Below are positions 38,448 through 52,872 of a stretch of DNA of 64,000 nucleotides, one piece after another. Numbering within the stretch: the stretch's first letter is position 1; the number at the start of each line of letters is the position of its first letter. This DNA comes from Zygnema circumcarinatum SAG 698-1b. Its lineage: Eukaryota > Plantae > Zygnematophyceae. Below the pieces are notes generated by a model. It saw nothing but the letters and a program-made list of their open reading frames with translations, had not been told where the DNA came from and did not search any database. The DNA lies in the NCBI GenBank assembly GCA_037447605.1, contig CM074808.1, positions 2,976,001 through 3,040,000 on the forward strand. The letters run 5' to 3'. The position numbers were made by a program, and so were the translations under genes.

Positions 38448-41400
38448 TCATGCATGCCCGCGCTTACTTGCCCTCGTGCCCCCATATGCTCCCCCATATG
38501 CTTCGTCATCAGACCCAGGACTGCCTACATCTCCCGTCTCCTCTAACGGAAAGTCCCCAGGTTTCTCCGACTGCAGCAGCTTCGAGTAGGCCGAGTACAG
38601 CCTCCTACTCCTCACATATGTCACAATGGAAACGATCGAAAGAAGGATCAAAAGCGTGACCCCAAGTCCCGCAAGTCCCATTTCAAGCTTGGTCAGAATG
38701 GGGGAGACAATGGTCACGTTTTGGTAGCATGGTCCGGCCACAAAATCCTCCGGCAGCTTTTGGGATTTGGGCAAATTAGGGTTGCAGGTCTGCGGCTGCG
38801 TCCAACGGTAAGTCACATTTTGGTTGCCCTCCTCGTCCACGCAGTCCTGCTCTACCACCGTTATGTCCACAGCGGAGCAGGGGGCACAGGGGACGTCGGT
38901 GGGGAGAGGGACAAGAGGGTTCACTTGGCAGGCCTGCATCCATGAATGCGTGCATGAAGAGGTAAAGGTAATGGAATAATAATGGATGAAAAGGTAGACA
39001 AGTCAGTCAGGCAGGCCATGCCTCTTCTTTGAGCAACTGGGGTACTAGGGCAGGTCTGAGAAGATGATTTGGAGAGAGAGAGGGAGGGAAAGAGAGAGAG
39101 AAGAAAGGGGGGAGGGAGAGAGATCGGACAACCTATTGGAAACCATCAAAACTGTGAATTTTAGGCAGCTAGAAGGAGGGCACACCTTTGGTTCCTTCAA
39201 ACGATAGGTAGTTTTCCGGTTGGCAATGCAGCTCTGCACCTCCACCGGCTCATAATCTGCTTCAGTGCATACAGGACATGCGTATGCAGAATACCATATC
39301 ATGGAGTATGAGCAGAAGTCATCCTGCTCCACAGGCTCGAGCGGTCCGTTCCGGTTGACCCATGGAAACGATGAATTAGGGTTGAATATGGTTTCGCGTG
39401 CACTTGCAGTCCACGCCTCCGGCTGCCCGTAGCCTGACAAAACACAAGGGAAAAAGGGAAACAACTTAGCGCAATTGCACTAAGAAAAGGAGATCGGTTT
39501 CCATCACATGCAAAACCTAGAAAACCTCTATACTACAGCGATTGGTATGACTTTGTGAAGACACGACAACCTCTTTCGTTGGACAAGATCTATCTCAGAC
39601 AAGCTTCACCTCACATTCAATCTGTGCATTGTTATTGACATTGTCATTGTTATTGTTATTGTCACCTGAATCTGGGTCACAAATAAAGGTGATGTTCGAT
39701 TCCCGTGGCTGCGCTCCCGAAGAAGAAAATGGACATCTGCTGCCGACAAAGTTCATGATGAACCCACGTTTCAAGAGCTGCAGCTGCGAGCCCAAGGGAA
39801 GGAGGGAGACACTCCCTCCCAGACTCGAGGCAGGTCGCCTCCCATTGGGGGCATCCGCACTTGCAGGCCATACCTGCTCACCATTCACACAAAGAAACTC
39901 ACAAATTACACTGAGAATTCGGAAGGTGCTTTTACCTCCAAAGACAACTTTGACACAACTTGACTGTCGCAGTTATGTCGGGACCGACGAGAAGATCACA
40001 GAGGAGTTCAGGAGTGCAGAATGAGCGGATGGAAAGATTCCAATGCAAGATGAGGTGGCACAGTCGATAATTCCCTCATTCAGACAGTCTGCCAACCACC
40101 AAAGGCTGAACATTTTCGTGTCATACAAACAGACATTGTTGGACGGTAGGAGCCTTCTCAAGAGCATAGAACTTTGGTCTCGTATCATCGATCGTCTGAT
40201 AACGTGGCTTCTACTTCAAATGTAACATGCCCTTTTGCATGTACGCGTAAAAACATCACAGCTGAGCTTTCACCACGACTCGAATCAGACTTAGCTTCCT
40301 CTGTGAAACTCTTACCTTGCATAGATAAGTGTCCAGTGGCCGACCCAAGGAATCCGCGCACGTGCTGTTGCTTTTAGATTTGTAGCAGACATTGGCATAA
40401 TACATCGCTCCATCCGCCCTTAATGGATCAGAGGCATTCTCATATACGGGGCCATACATGTAGTCAGGGTGCAGTCGACTAAGTGGCGAAAGATCATAGA
40501 GAACAAATGGCGACATTCCAAAGGTATCTGTCGAATTTCCATCTGAAGGGAGAGCAGGGGGAGCGTAGGTGCAGAAGGAAGACGCTATGTTGATATCACC
40601 TATCGTGCAGTCAGTGCTGTTGAGAAGACTGCTTGTTCCCGGATTGCATGGAATGCAATCATCAATACCCCCCTGCAGAAGGAGACAAGCGTATGAGCTT
40701 CCCCAAACATTTGCCAGCTGTGATGAACGACATGACGTCGTATTAGAACGATTGATCGATTCATAGAAGACCCCTACACTCTGAGCCATTATCTGTCTGA
40801 TTATTATCTGTCTGTATGAACTTTGAAGTCAGTAGTGTTAGCCCACCATGCTGTTTGGATTGAATGTGTTTGCTGGGCATGGCATGCAGGAGGAGTTTCC
40901 TCCCGAACTGTAGCTTCCTGGGGGGCAGTCCTCCCACGCACTGCCGCTCTCTGTTCGAGCTGCTCCCACAGGGACGGGAGTACAGGTAGAAGCTCCGCCA
41001 CGGACCTCTCCTGTAATCTGCAAACTCAACAATACAGTGAAAGAGGTATGAAGCAAACAGTGAGGGGAAAAGATGATACAAATCCACTGGGTTCATAAGG
41101 ATGCAAGTGGGTTCGTTTCAATCCAGTACACGCTGATTCATGGATGCAAATCTCAGATGTCCTTTTTCCACGTGTGTCTATTTTTAAAGCTTTACATTGT
41201 TGGACGTAAGTCAACATGGGTTTCACGCCTACCTACCTCCACATGCGTGCACTATATTGAACTGCATATGAACACAATGCGTATACAAGAATGCCATTCT
41301 AAAAGTGAGTTTCACGACTTAGGCACGGGACAACTCACCATGATATCATAGAGAATTGCGGAGTCTCTGCTTGCAATATCAGGATTTGCATTTTGCTTTA

Positions 41401-44400
41401 TCCACACCCACATGAGGGAATGTGGACCTTTCGCCATCTTTTGTGGTTCACTTTTTGTTTCGTCGATTGACACCGGAGGTCCGTAGTCATACCCTTCATC
41501 CTGCTTCCCAGACTCTTTCACATACTCAGAGAGCAGAAATGTTACCAGAGTCTTAAGCCCCACTGAGAGCACCTTGTGGCGTGCAATAACTGCATTGATC
41601 AACATATGTGGCGGAGGGTGATCTGTTCAAAGAAGCCTATGGATGACTCGAATTATCTTAACATATGCAATCTGAGTAACAGAGGAATATGCCAACAGAC
41701 ACCCTTAAGGGCTACGTAGGAACATTCAGGAGCTCACACGTGATCAGCCAAAAATTCAAGCATAAATCGCAATGAGTGGGATGCATTAACACAGATGGGA
41801 GTGAAAAAGAAAGAGAGAGAGAGGGAAAGAGGGGGAGAGAGGGAGAGACAGCCACCTGCACATCATATCGGAGCTCATCATCGATATAGAAAAAAAATCC
41901 GCGTTGCGTGTCATCCGGAGGGATGTCAGCAGAGTAATTGAATGTAACTTCGCCATCCATCTCCAAAGTGATGTTGAGAGCAAGCCAAACCTGAGGATGG
42001 TTCACATTCCAAGACCAGATGCGGCTCTTAGGATGAAACAAGGCAATTTTTTCTGTAGTTGTCCACTGGCTACATCTTCCTGAAAGGCAGTCTGTACTCT
42101 AGAGACCAACTTAGAAGATTAATGAGTTCTGGAATGAAGCCCATGATTCATCAACAACATGAAAAATAAAAAGACAACTGAAGACAGAACTGTCTTGAAA
42201 GCTTAACATTGGCTTCTGAACTTGAAAAGCAAAAACAAGTCCTTTATGCAAGAAGGCAAATCAATGATCACTATAGCTTTAAGGACGCCTTAGGTTATCA
42301 GCTCCGGGATAGCGCTCTGTAAATTTCAGGGCTCCATACACCATGGCATTTCTTGTCCCGTACAATCCTATGGCGGATACTTGCAAAGTATCAGCTCATT
42401 AACAAGAACACGAATTACTGTCCTTCATAAACGACTCCACCTTGAAGAATGCTGCTACTGCTAAACCATATGACCTTAACGGTGCATTTTCGATGACAAG
42501 AAAAGCATGCATAATGCCCATATGAACTGACTCCCATAGTCCTCACCTGAACTGAGTTTCCATGTCCGCTGCCCGAGTCCATGTATCCATTGACTGCCCG
42601 CCAACCGGTGGGCCCGCAATCCCCGCTGCAGCCCGTGACGAACCCTCCGGGAAGTTTCCCCCCGAGCATGCTGAAGTGGGCCAAACTCAGTTCCCTCACC
42701 GCCGCCTCGTCCGCATTGCAGGGACGGCAGGCGAGCTCGCCGACCCCTCGGGCAGTCCCCTGCATGAGGGAGAAGTTGCCATCGTTTTTACTCGTATTCT
42801 AACTCGTGTGAAAGCGCTGGCAGACTAGTTGTAAGTTTGTAAAAGACGGGGGAAACTGCTTCTGCTTCTCTTGGATGTAGGGTTCAGTGTTACCCACCGG
42901 CGGGCAGAGCTCGCAGCTTATTGTACCGTCAGTGGTGTTGGTTACTCCTTTCTGTCCTGCCGGGCATTCGCCTGTTCACCATTGTTTCAGCAGGCAATTC
43001 GATCTGTTTAAATTTCTGATTGCAATGAGTTTGTTTTCAAGGAATGATATTATGTTGGGCTCGCACTGGCAGTCTGAACAAGGACGTATCTAAACGCGTC
43101 TATTGATTAAACAAAAGGGCCGCTTTCAGACCAAATTTAGTTCTTGAACACACTCCTCTGAAAGGCAGCTCTTCACAACTAAGAGTGCATAAGCTCCTCT
43201 AAGTCCCAAAAACAAACGGAATCACACTCTTGTGCTCAAGGACTTCCGCAAAATGATGCAAGCCCAACTGAAACTTGCAGGTCAAATAGCATCAGGCCTA
43301 GTATTCAAAGTGATCAGTGAGCTGCATGGTTTGCAAATCAAGCACCAACGGACATTTTCGTGTCAGAGCAATGCATCCTTTAATGAAAGCTCGAATGGAC
43401 TGAGGGAACCATTAAAGAGACCGATTTCAATCTGCTTTCGAAGTCAAGCAAGACAGACTGTGACTTCTCGTTTTACAATCGTAAGGAAACATATAGGATA
43501 TGAGACAAATGTATGGGGAATCATTGGCATGAGCACCTGCCCACCCATCAAAAGTCACGAAACGTACTGCATGGTAAGTCTGAAGGAGGTGGCAGCTGCT
43601 TGGGAGAAGTAGGACTGCAGATCTGTGGCTGTAACCACGAGTATGTCTGTTGGGCCAGAGAGTCGCAGCTCATAGTTAGCCACACATGTCCTGATTTGCA
43701 GGTTTTCAATCCGTTCATTACTACATTGTTGACCTCTGTTATCTCAACACGAGAGGAACATGTTACACGTGTGGACCTCTCTGTACTTATTCAAACACAT
43801 GCGATAAATGAAACTGCAAGAATAGTGCTTATACGACAGCCACTTGTAAGCTTCTTTCCAACACATTTCGTCTTGCTTCACCCCAACTAACAATACACAG
43901 TGCGAGCAGCGGAGTTGCACACAAAGAATACCCATTTCGTACTTTTCGTTATTCCTTCGCAAACGTCGGGTATCATGCTAGGGCCGCTTTTGTCTCAATT
44001 TCTTCTGGGAACTCTAGATGCTGGCGTGCTCGTCAACTATAGATGAGCCTAAACAGTTGTGATATGATTGACTCTCCCATTACACTGAGGTCAGATGCAG
44101 GATGGATACAGATCCAACATACAAAGTCATGCAAACTCTCAGGCAAAGTACGATGCCATCACCTGCGTACGTCTCTTTGTTGTCGCCATGCATGGCCCGT
44201 AAGATATGGTTGAATCTTTCTTTAAATCACACGCTGCAGGATGTGGAAGGCAGGATGAGGCGAGAAACAAAAACAAAGGCAGCGTTCTTTGTGCAGAGGA
44301 GGGGAAGAAATTGTTTAGGAGAAGGAATGAGGCTTTTCCTTTCTATACAAGACCGGCTATTGAATTTTCAGGAATCACGACTTCGGGACATTCAGAAATC

Positions 44401-47400
44401 TCGTAAGAGATCTCGCAAAAGTATACCGGCAACTCTAAAAGTACCGGGACGTAGAAGGATATCAGGAGAGCAGAATGAAAAAAAAAGAGCATAGTGAGAG
44501 AGAAAGAGTAGCGAGAGTATAGAGAGAGAGTAGAAAGTAGAGCAGGGCATAGTTTTGCTTACGAGGCCGGATTGTACAGTTTGTCCGCGGAATAACAGAG
44601 GAGTAGGAGTCAGGGGGGCATTGCAAACAATGGGATGCTCCCGTGCTGCGATTCCCACAGCGGCGAATGTTTCAGTCCAGGCAATATATCGATTTCGATG
44701 AGAACAATCAAGATGATACAGAATCAGAGATGCTGAAATCTTTCCTTTTTGGTGTGCTGATCTTGACCCATTCCCATAAATTGTCTAGTTTGAGTGTATG
44801 AAGCCATTAGGGGGATGGATTTACGGCGCATGGGACACAGGTTGACTACTGACCTGTTAGAGTAGTAATCCTGCGGGCAGGGCGTACAGCTGGAAGCGCC
44901 GGACTCACTGCAAAGTGTCAAAACAGCTCGAAATCCATCAGACATTGGTTAGAAGCACTTGTGTTACATGTAGAGGAGGATATATTCGAATAAATACCGG
45001 TCAACTGGTTTACAACGACAGGTTTGTTCTGAGAGAAAGGTTGTCCTGAGGTTTGCCCCTTCTTGAGTTCCCACTCAGAAAGGGATGAAATATGATGCTG
45101 GGGGTTGAGAAGCACAGCCCACACCTGTAGTAGCCAATGGGGCAGCTCGTACAGCCCTGGTCATTGTAGTCAATGCCGTCGACCTCAATTAGCTGCAGGA
45201 CATGGTCAAACACTCATTGCTTTTTAGAGCATGACTTGCCATTCCATAGCTTCTGGCCAGCTGCACATATAGGAACAGGCTCTACATCCCCTCAAGCAAA
45301 CCTGAGAAGTCGTTTCACAGTACACTCTCCCTTCAGTGAGGCATATAACACAAACGAACAGATATCCAGCCACGTGCAAATAAGAAATATTGACGAAAAA
45401 CTCTTGAATATCTCCAGATTCAGACGAGACACATAACAAGGAATGGAACTAAGGAGAGGTTCGTCTGTGAGTGCAAAACGAGAAGACATTACAGTGAGGA
45501 AGGCAGAATCTTTCCCGCGGGTCCACTTCTCATCCTTGGAGTAGAGCCACACAAGCTTGTGATATCCGGGAGTGAGCTGAAACTCGGTCTGTGTCACCGT
45601 CAACTGCAGAACAAGGAGAGAGCTGCTTTCAGTTCTGCAACTGCCTCTCCCTCAGCTGGGGTTCTCCCTAAAAACAATTTCTTCTTCATTGTCGTGTTCA
45701 TAAGGTACCCTCAATAGGTATAAAAATCCTATTAGCTGTAAAGGAGGTCAATGTATTTAGTATATGCAGTATATGTGTGTTGTTTCTAATCACTGAAACC
45801 ATGAGATGTTGGACAAGCACTCTCTGAATTTGAAGAAGCAGACGAGACTCTATTTCCATACCAAGGGTTGCCACTCTACTGGCATGTAAATTTTAACAGC
45901 GGCAATCTGCACTGGAAGAACATTGTCTGGCTAGTGGAATAAAAGCATAGAAGAAGAGATGAGTTTGAAAGGCTACCACATAAGATGTCATGGTCATAGT
46001 CCGAATGTCGTCGATGTAAAATGAAAGGCCATCAAAGTCTCTTTCCGCATCCACCGTAAAGTTGAATCTTACAAAACTGTCAAAAACAATTGAATAATGC
46101 CAATATTGTTAAGCATGAGACCTCCCTCCTACACCTCCCCTTTCTACCGCCTCTGCGAACCCCTCAGAGCCTATTTCTCTTGCAATAGCTATAAATCAGC
46201 TTCCCTTCAAAGGCAGGATGGATGCTGCTGTTTCAGAAGAGAGATTCTGGGGGTAAATACTCACCCATCTCGCACCAACTTCACGTTCATAGCGAGGGAG
46301 GCTTGAAGGTTGTTGTGACAGTTGTACCCCGGATTGGAGCACTCGTCCTGCCCTTCAAAATCCCACTCCGCAATGAGTGCGAGCTTAGGCCAGTCCCGTG
46401 CATCACAAATGGCGATTCCCACTGTTCAATTCCAGACTTAAATTCTATGGCTTTCTGTGCACGGGAAAACCCATATAGAAACGAAACTTCAAAGTGCATG
46501 GCTGGGTTTGCCCTAGTCAAACCTAAGTGTATTTTCAAAGAGGACACTCTTGCAGATGAGTTATAGGATTTACCTGAAACCAATCGTTTGGTTGATCAAA
46601 AGAACCAACTTTTAAAACGCCTCCCTCAGCGCGCCATCTGCCATCTAATCGTGAATCAGCCAGAGAGAGAGAAATGGCTCCCAACACGTGCCTCTATCTG
46701 CAATCAAAATGACTTCTTGCCCGCCAAAGGAAAGCCCAACATACACGCTCTTTTTGCAATCCTGCGTGCCGTTAAGCCCCTTGTAACTGCAGGTTGTCTG
46801 CCATGCACATAGAACAGCAGTTTCAGTGCAGAGCGTCAATGGGGAATAGCCAATTAAGCTGCTCCTGAATTAGCAACAGGGATCACTACATGACTAGAAG
46901 AATCTCAAATAAAGTGGGTTCGTTCATAAAGATTTGTCCTGCATGAAGTTTCGCGAGAACTCCCAAACTCACGTGCAGCCTAACGATTGATTCATTCTTC
47001 TCTCGTGCAAACCTTCCAGGATGTGAAAGAGAGTCAATGGGATCCATATACAGAATTAACCCTAGACCTCTCCCTTCCTCTCCCAAGAGCAACTTTAAGC
47101 TACTGCTTCGATACAGTACAATTACTTGACAATTTCGGGCCAGCTACCTTCACATACTCTCTGTCTATCCTAGACTTGCATTCACCTCATCGATGTTCAG
47201 AGCCCAAACAAAATATTTTAAGCAAACTCCCAAAGCCAACCTGGAAGGTGGCGTTGTCAAGGGTCTCGAAGGACTGAAGTCGGATTCCTCCCCCCACACT
47301 GAAAGTACCTGCATTGCCCTCCGCTAGACTTTATAAGGAGGCTAACAACCCTTCAAGCACAATCACAGGAAGTGTGCCAGCTATTTACATATCCAAGGTA

Positions 47401-50400
47401 AAAAATCAAACAGAGAGTCAACAAGGTTTATTCCCCCTGCTGGGACAAATCTGCCCTGCTATCCTGCTAGTATCAGGCAAACCTAGCCTCAGCCTATACT
47501 CAGGACAAGTTCAAGCAATGTGAGCTGATGATCTCAAGGATGAAGGTAAAGGTTGTGGGTAAATGCCACAAAAAGGGCTACTCGAGAGTTCCACATCTCA
47601 GAATAGACAAATAAGTTCACTATTCCTGCTGTGACTGAAAAAGCTATAAGTGTATTGCCATCCAAAGCACTGTTAGCTTGCTTTTGATCTACACGACTGA
47701 TGGAAGTTGCATGAGAAACAAGGGTTGAAAACTTGGACAAAAACATTTCAATTATTCGTTCCTGCTAAATCGGTCCTTCTATCTTGGCCATTTTGGAAAA
47801 GGGAGGAGAAAGTGGGAATAACCTGCGTCGGTCACAAAAGCTCCGGGCTTGTGATATTGAAAAAAGTGAACCGCTTGTTCATCTTAACAAGCTTAATAAA
47901 TATAAATGAGAACTTGACACAGAAAAAATAAAAAAAGATAGGTGCAATAACAGTGTCCTAAAATATGCCTGCAATAGAGTTAATTGCTAATCGAAATTGC
48001 CTTTGAAGGACAAAACTAAGTTGCCATAAAATGGGCTGCATCCCCTTACCGTTTTCGCAGGATGCACATCCTGTTCCACTTAAGTAGTTGCCTGCCTTGC
48101 ATTTAGCATCTGGAGAATCGCAAAAACAACACATAGCAGCCTGAGTAGAAAACAGCAAATCCTGCATAACCCCCTCACAATTCAGTTCATAGCCGACTCC
48201 ACTGAGCATAAAAGTATCATTCAGCGTAGATAATGAAACGAGCAGAATGCCAAGAATACACATGCACAAGGTCAGTTACCAACAACTCGACCGCCTGAAG
48301 CAGCTCAGTAGTGGCCAGCCCTTCACCAGAGGCAGTCAACTCACACATTGTTCTACGTTTCAGCACGAGTGCTATTTGCGATGAATGGCACTGACCAAGA
48401 CCTAACGATGCAGTTTGACTTCAGTCATGAACCAGCTCAGGACAAGGCTTTTGAGTCACCAGCAAACATCTAATCTTGGGCTCGTCCCAACTGCCGATCC
48501 ACAACCCCAATTTTGTCACAGCGATGCCTTCCCTTACCAAGTGAGGTTATGCGGAACATTCGCTATCCGTGAGACAAAGTGGCAACAGACTAGGCAGCCC
48601 AAATGTCCACTGTGACAGAATTGAATAAACTCTTCAAGAAGGTAGTCCTCACCACAACGTAAGAATGCTGATGGTGGCAGATGCACCGACCCAGTGGCCA
48701 GTGGGTTACATTGAGTGTCAAAGTAGTAAATGATCTGCATGGTGCACAAGTCGATAAAAATCAAACAGAAGTCAGACGCAGACCAAACAATCATCTGTAG
48801 AATTGTCACATGAGGCGTTGCCATATTTTTTCAGAAAATATATAGAACGCCAGTCTTAACCCATACAAAGTTCACTTAGGCAACGTACAGTTGTGCAGTA
48901 TTGCAGATTCATACAAATCTGCTGGGTAAGAATACTAAGCATCAAACCTGTCATGAACCCTTGGACTATTTTGAGTAGAATGCAATGCTGGCCGTGATGT
49001 TGTTATTCAGAACCTCTCTGGCATAACCTTTCTAGTGATCACAGGTTTTGTTTGAATAATCTAAATCTAGGCCCACCTCGCTGGCTCTGCGAAGTCCCCC
49101 GGCTAAGAACAAAGCAATTATCCGTTGATAATGTTTGTGAGCTACATGGCTCAAGTTTCCTAAGGTGCCGAAAACTACACCGGCGTTACCTTCACATAGT
49201 TACTGCTAGTGCCATCCCAGCACTTCATCGATCCATCACTAAATCCACACTTCTTGACAAGACCTATCATTTGTGTCCCTTGCGGAGGCTTCCCCGGGCG
49301 TGATTGCATCTGCTGAATCTTCAAAGGTCAAATCTTAAGGCTATGACTTACGATCGGTGAAAGAGATATGCTAAATTATCCGAACTAAAGTTAATCAGAG
49401 GTATAATAGCGAAGATGTGCTGTCTCTCTTACCCCAATGATTTTCGTCTCTGGGTCGCACTGGGTGTATGTGCTTCTAATGTTTTCCTCTGTGCAGGCAG
49501 TAGACTCCACCTCTGCAACCCATTTCACGCATCAATTAATGGGCATCAAACAATGGCATGCTTGACGATGTAGGGCAAAAGTTAGAGATCGGTATCACGC
49601 AAGTGCAAGTGCAGCCGAGTCCATCTCGCTGTAGGTCCATCAAGATGTACAAAGAAGGCACTAGGGGAAAAACGATGGATAAGGACTTACCGCAGTACAT
49701 CTTGTCCACTTGTATTTTATTGGATGGTTTTCCAAAACAATCTGCAGGGGATCTCCCAACCACATACAACCTCAGTGTGGTATGCAAGAAATAATTGACT
49801 CGTCCCGTATTACAGAAGTCCGTGCTTTAAGCGCGCTAAAAGACGGAGCTTTTGAAAAGATGCTCGGGCACACGATACGATTTACTCTTCGCCTGAAAAC
49901 CTATAAACAAAAACATTCTCCGCTTTCATTGCCTTTCTGTGCGTGGCTGCTATTCCTGGATAGTTAGAGAAAATCGAAAAGCTGCGCTTACTGGTTGGCT
50001 GGTAGGTGAGCCAACACGTATTTGTCGCGTTGTCGAAGGAGTAGTCCGTGGTGAAGTCCTGAGGGGTGCATTCTGGACAAGATACAGGAGAAGGGAAACA
50101 AAAGGAATGTCTACTTACGCGATTGTGCACAGTGACTTAAATGAGCAGGTTGCTTAATGAATAACTGCAAAGCTGAAAGGGGTAAGCTGACCCAAGAGGA
50201 AGAGCTGAGAGAGCTTACCACACGTCTCCGTATAAATGCGTGTAAAGGAGAACTGGGATGTACAATTTCGTTCGAGAGAGTACCTTACACTTCGAGAATT
50301 TCCTGCATTCTCGTAAGCAGAATATAGAGATAAGTGCATGGAACATCTCAAGCAATTTGCTTTCATGGACCAATGGGCCTCCTCCTGTGCCACACTGGCG

Positions 50401-51103
50401 ACAAAGTCGCTACTCATAGTCCAAATGACAAATCAGTTTCTACCGATCACTTTTTGTGATGGCATTTAGGCTACAAGAAAGTAGGCTGCTGAGAAATTGA
50501 ACTATATACAGGTTGCTTGAAAAGGAATTAATACATAGACAAAGACCATTAACCAGGTAACCTATATAGTGAGCAGGGACGAGAATTTTCTAGATTCCTG
50601 TTCAACAACTTCAAAAAGGTCTTGGTGAATCCAAAGTAAAAGGAACTAAATCTGTATGTATGGCCACAAACCACTAAAAACCCTAAAAACGTCTTTCCCA
50701 TACAAAATGTCCAGAACCTTAAGGAACCTAATCACAATGGTACAACTTTACTCCTAAGCAAAGGAGAAAATATCACCGCCATCAAATTCTCGTCACAATG
50801 CACGACCTCATGCGCCTACTACAGTGTGACAGTTTCCGGAGAGAAATATCTCAGCAACAAAGAGAAGTTATCGACTAGCGCAGACTGTCTCTCTGCCTCT
50901 CAGATTTCCTCCCCGTTACGAAAACCAATTCACTGCTAGAGGATCAAATCGCATTCTGCATTACCTACGCACTTAGTCGTGGATCGTGCATAATCCGACG
51001 GATAGCACGTCTTCTGAGCAGGCTGCAGTCCACCTGCACACTCTACCACGCCTGAAAACAACAGTGCAGCCACGCAGACTCTCAGCAGAACCCCTCTCCC
51101 CAT
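38448..51103 (-). CDS. ELAPOR/KIAA1324 (UPF0577)-like type I membrane protein with Cys-rich repeats and an MRH-like domain
   Basis: Signal peptide (MGRGVLLRVCVAALLFSGVVECA), repeated C..CP.G.YS motifs, GH.LVW.Y.K beta-modules, YDLSPL...Y.NVC, ITFICDP, C.YSMIWYSAYACPVCTEADY...C....TTYRLKEPK, then a TM helix followed by RRLYSAYSKL (ELAPOR-type YKYSKL tail). Confidence 0.75.
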
Positions 51104-51261
51104 GGCGGTGTGTCTTCCCCTCAAATCCATACGGATGATATTCCGTCACAACGACAAGCGCGGACACATCAGCCGGTCGGCAGCTGCTCTCCTCCTTCCC
51201 TCCCCTCCCCCTATCCCTGCCACCCCTCTCAGCTATAAGGACAGCCTCCTGCTTCGGCCTG

Positions 51262-51351
51262 GTACCATTCGTACGAATTCGTACGTGTACGGGACATGCT
51301 AAAGTACATATACTGTACGGTGAAGTACGAAGAAGGTCAAACATGAAGTAC
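51262..51351. promoter_or_regulatory. Cluster of 8 GTAC cores (SBP-box/CuRE-type) upstream of the ELAPOR-like gene
   Basis: GTAC at 51262, 51271, 51281, 51287, 51304, 51315, 51325 and 51348, about 160-250 bp upstream of ATG 51103. Confidence 0.55.
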
Positions 51352-51452
51352 CAATACGATACGATATCGAGACATTGACTTAAGAGTGGAGAGTCTCCTC
51401 TGGAGACGCCGCGGGCATTAAAGAAGTCGTGACTGTGGGTCAGAAATCAGAA

Positions 51453-52291
51453 TAGGGTTCGGGGTTCAGAGCGAAGGGTTTAGGGTTCAAAGTCCAAGCT
51501 TTAGGGTTCAAGTCTTTTTCGTTAAGGTGTAGTGTTCAAGGCTCGAAGTGTAGAATTCAAGGTGCAAGGTTAGGGTTCAAGGTGCAAGGTTTAGGGTTCA
51601 AACTGCAAGGTCTAGGGTTCTAGGTGCAAGGTCTAGGGTTCAAGCTGCAAGGTCTAGGATACAAGCTGCAAGGTCTAGGGTTCAAGCTGCAAGGTCTATG
51701 ATACAAGCTGCAAGGTCTAGGGTTCAGGGTGCAAGGTCTAGGGTTCAAGCTGCAAGGTCTAGGGTTCAGGGTGCAAGGTCTAGGGTTCAAGCTGCAAGGT
51801 CTAGTGTTCAAGCTGCAAGGTCTAGGATACAAGCTGCAAGGTCTAGGGTTCAAGGTGCAAGGTCTAGGGTTCAAGATGCAAGGTCTAGGGTTCAAGATGC
51901 AAGGTCTAGGGTTCAAGATGCAAGGTCTAGGGTTCAAGGTGCAAGCTCTAGGGTTCAAGATGCAAGGTGTAGGTTTCAAGGTGATAAATCTAGGGTTCAA
52001 CGTGCAAGGTCTAGGGTTCAAGGTGCAAGGTCTAGGGTTCAAGATGCAAGGTGTAGGGTTCAAGGTGAAAAATTTAGGGTTCAAGGTGCAAAGTCTAGGG
52101 TTCTAGGTGCAATGTCTAGGGTTCAAGGTGAAAGATCTAGGGTTCAAGGTGAAAGATCTAGGGTTCAAGGTGCAAGATCTAGGGTTCAACGTCCAAGATC
52201 TAGGGTTCAAGGTGCAAGGTTCAGGGTTTTAAGGTGGATTGTTTAAGGTTCAAGGGCCAAGGTTTAGGATTCAGCGCCTAGGGTTCAAGGT
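51453..52291 (+). repeat. 21-bp minisatellite (TAGGGTT-CAAGGTG-CAAGGTC), telomere-derived, G-rich on +
   Basis: Tandem TAGGGTTCAAG(G/C/A)TGCAAGGTC units with 3x7-bp substructure; the edges are more degenerate. Confidence 0.9.
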
Positions 52292-52872
52292 TGAAGTGAG
52301 ACAGGTTCTCTCTCGAGTCAGTGACACCCAGTTTTTGAGAGATTCTTGTAGAAGCCTTCTTTTTTGTAGAAGCCACATGCAGAAGCATCTCCGACTCACT
52401 TCACTTTCGGCCTTGATTCCATTCATGCACTCTATTCATTCATTCGTTTCATGACAAATGCCAAGCCAATGCCAAATCTGTTTCATCGCATGCTATTGCA
52501 AGCATCCCCTGCAATGCCATGCCATGCCATGCAATGTTGTCTCCTTCATCCTTCACTCAAGACAGCGACCAAAATGCCCAAAATGTGCGTAACGAGCTCT
52601 TGAGCACTTGAACAGAACTGGACATTCAAAACTTTGAGCCACGTCTACCGTCCGATCTGCCACGTGAGCAAATTTGCCAGATTGGCTACATGTAACCCAA
52701 CCAGGGTCCCCTGCGCGCAACCTCAACTGAGACGGCCATGGAACAGCCCGCAAACTTGTGCCGACAAACGGCTCCATGTACGCGTCCGTACGTGTGAATC
52801 CGTTACCAGTTCACGCTCCCGTGCAACTGTGACAGCGACATGTCCCCATCGTGTTCCGCTCCTGCCCCTCCT

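Noticed and set aside
51620-52246. Heptad-repeat ORFs (LNPRPCS / VQGARSR)
   Set aside because: Translations of the 21-bp minisatellite.
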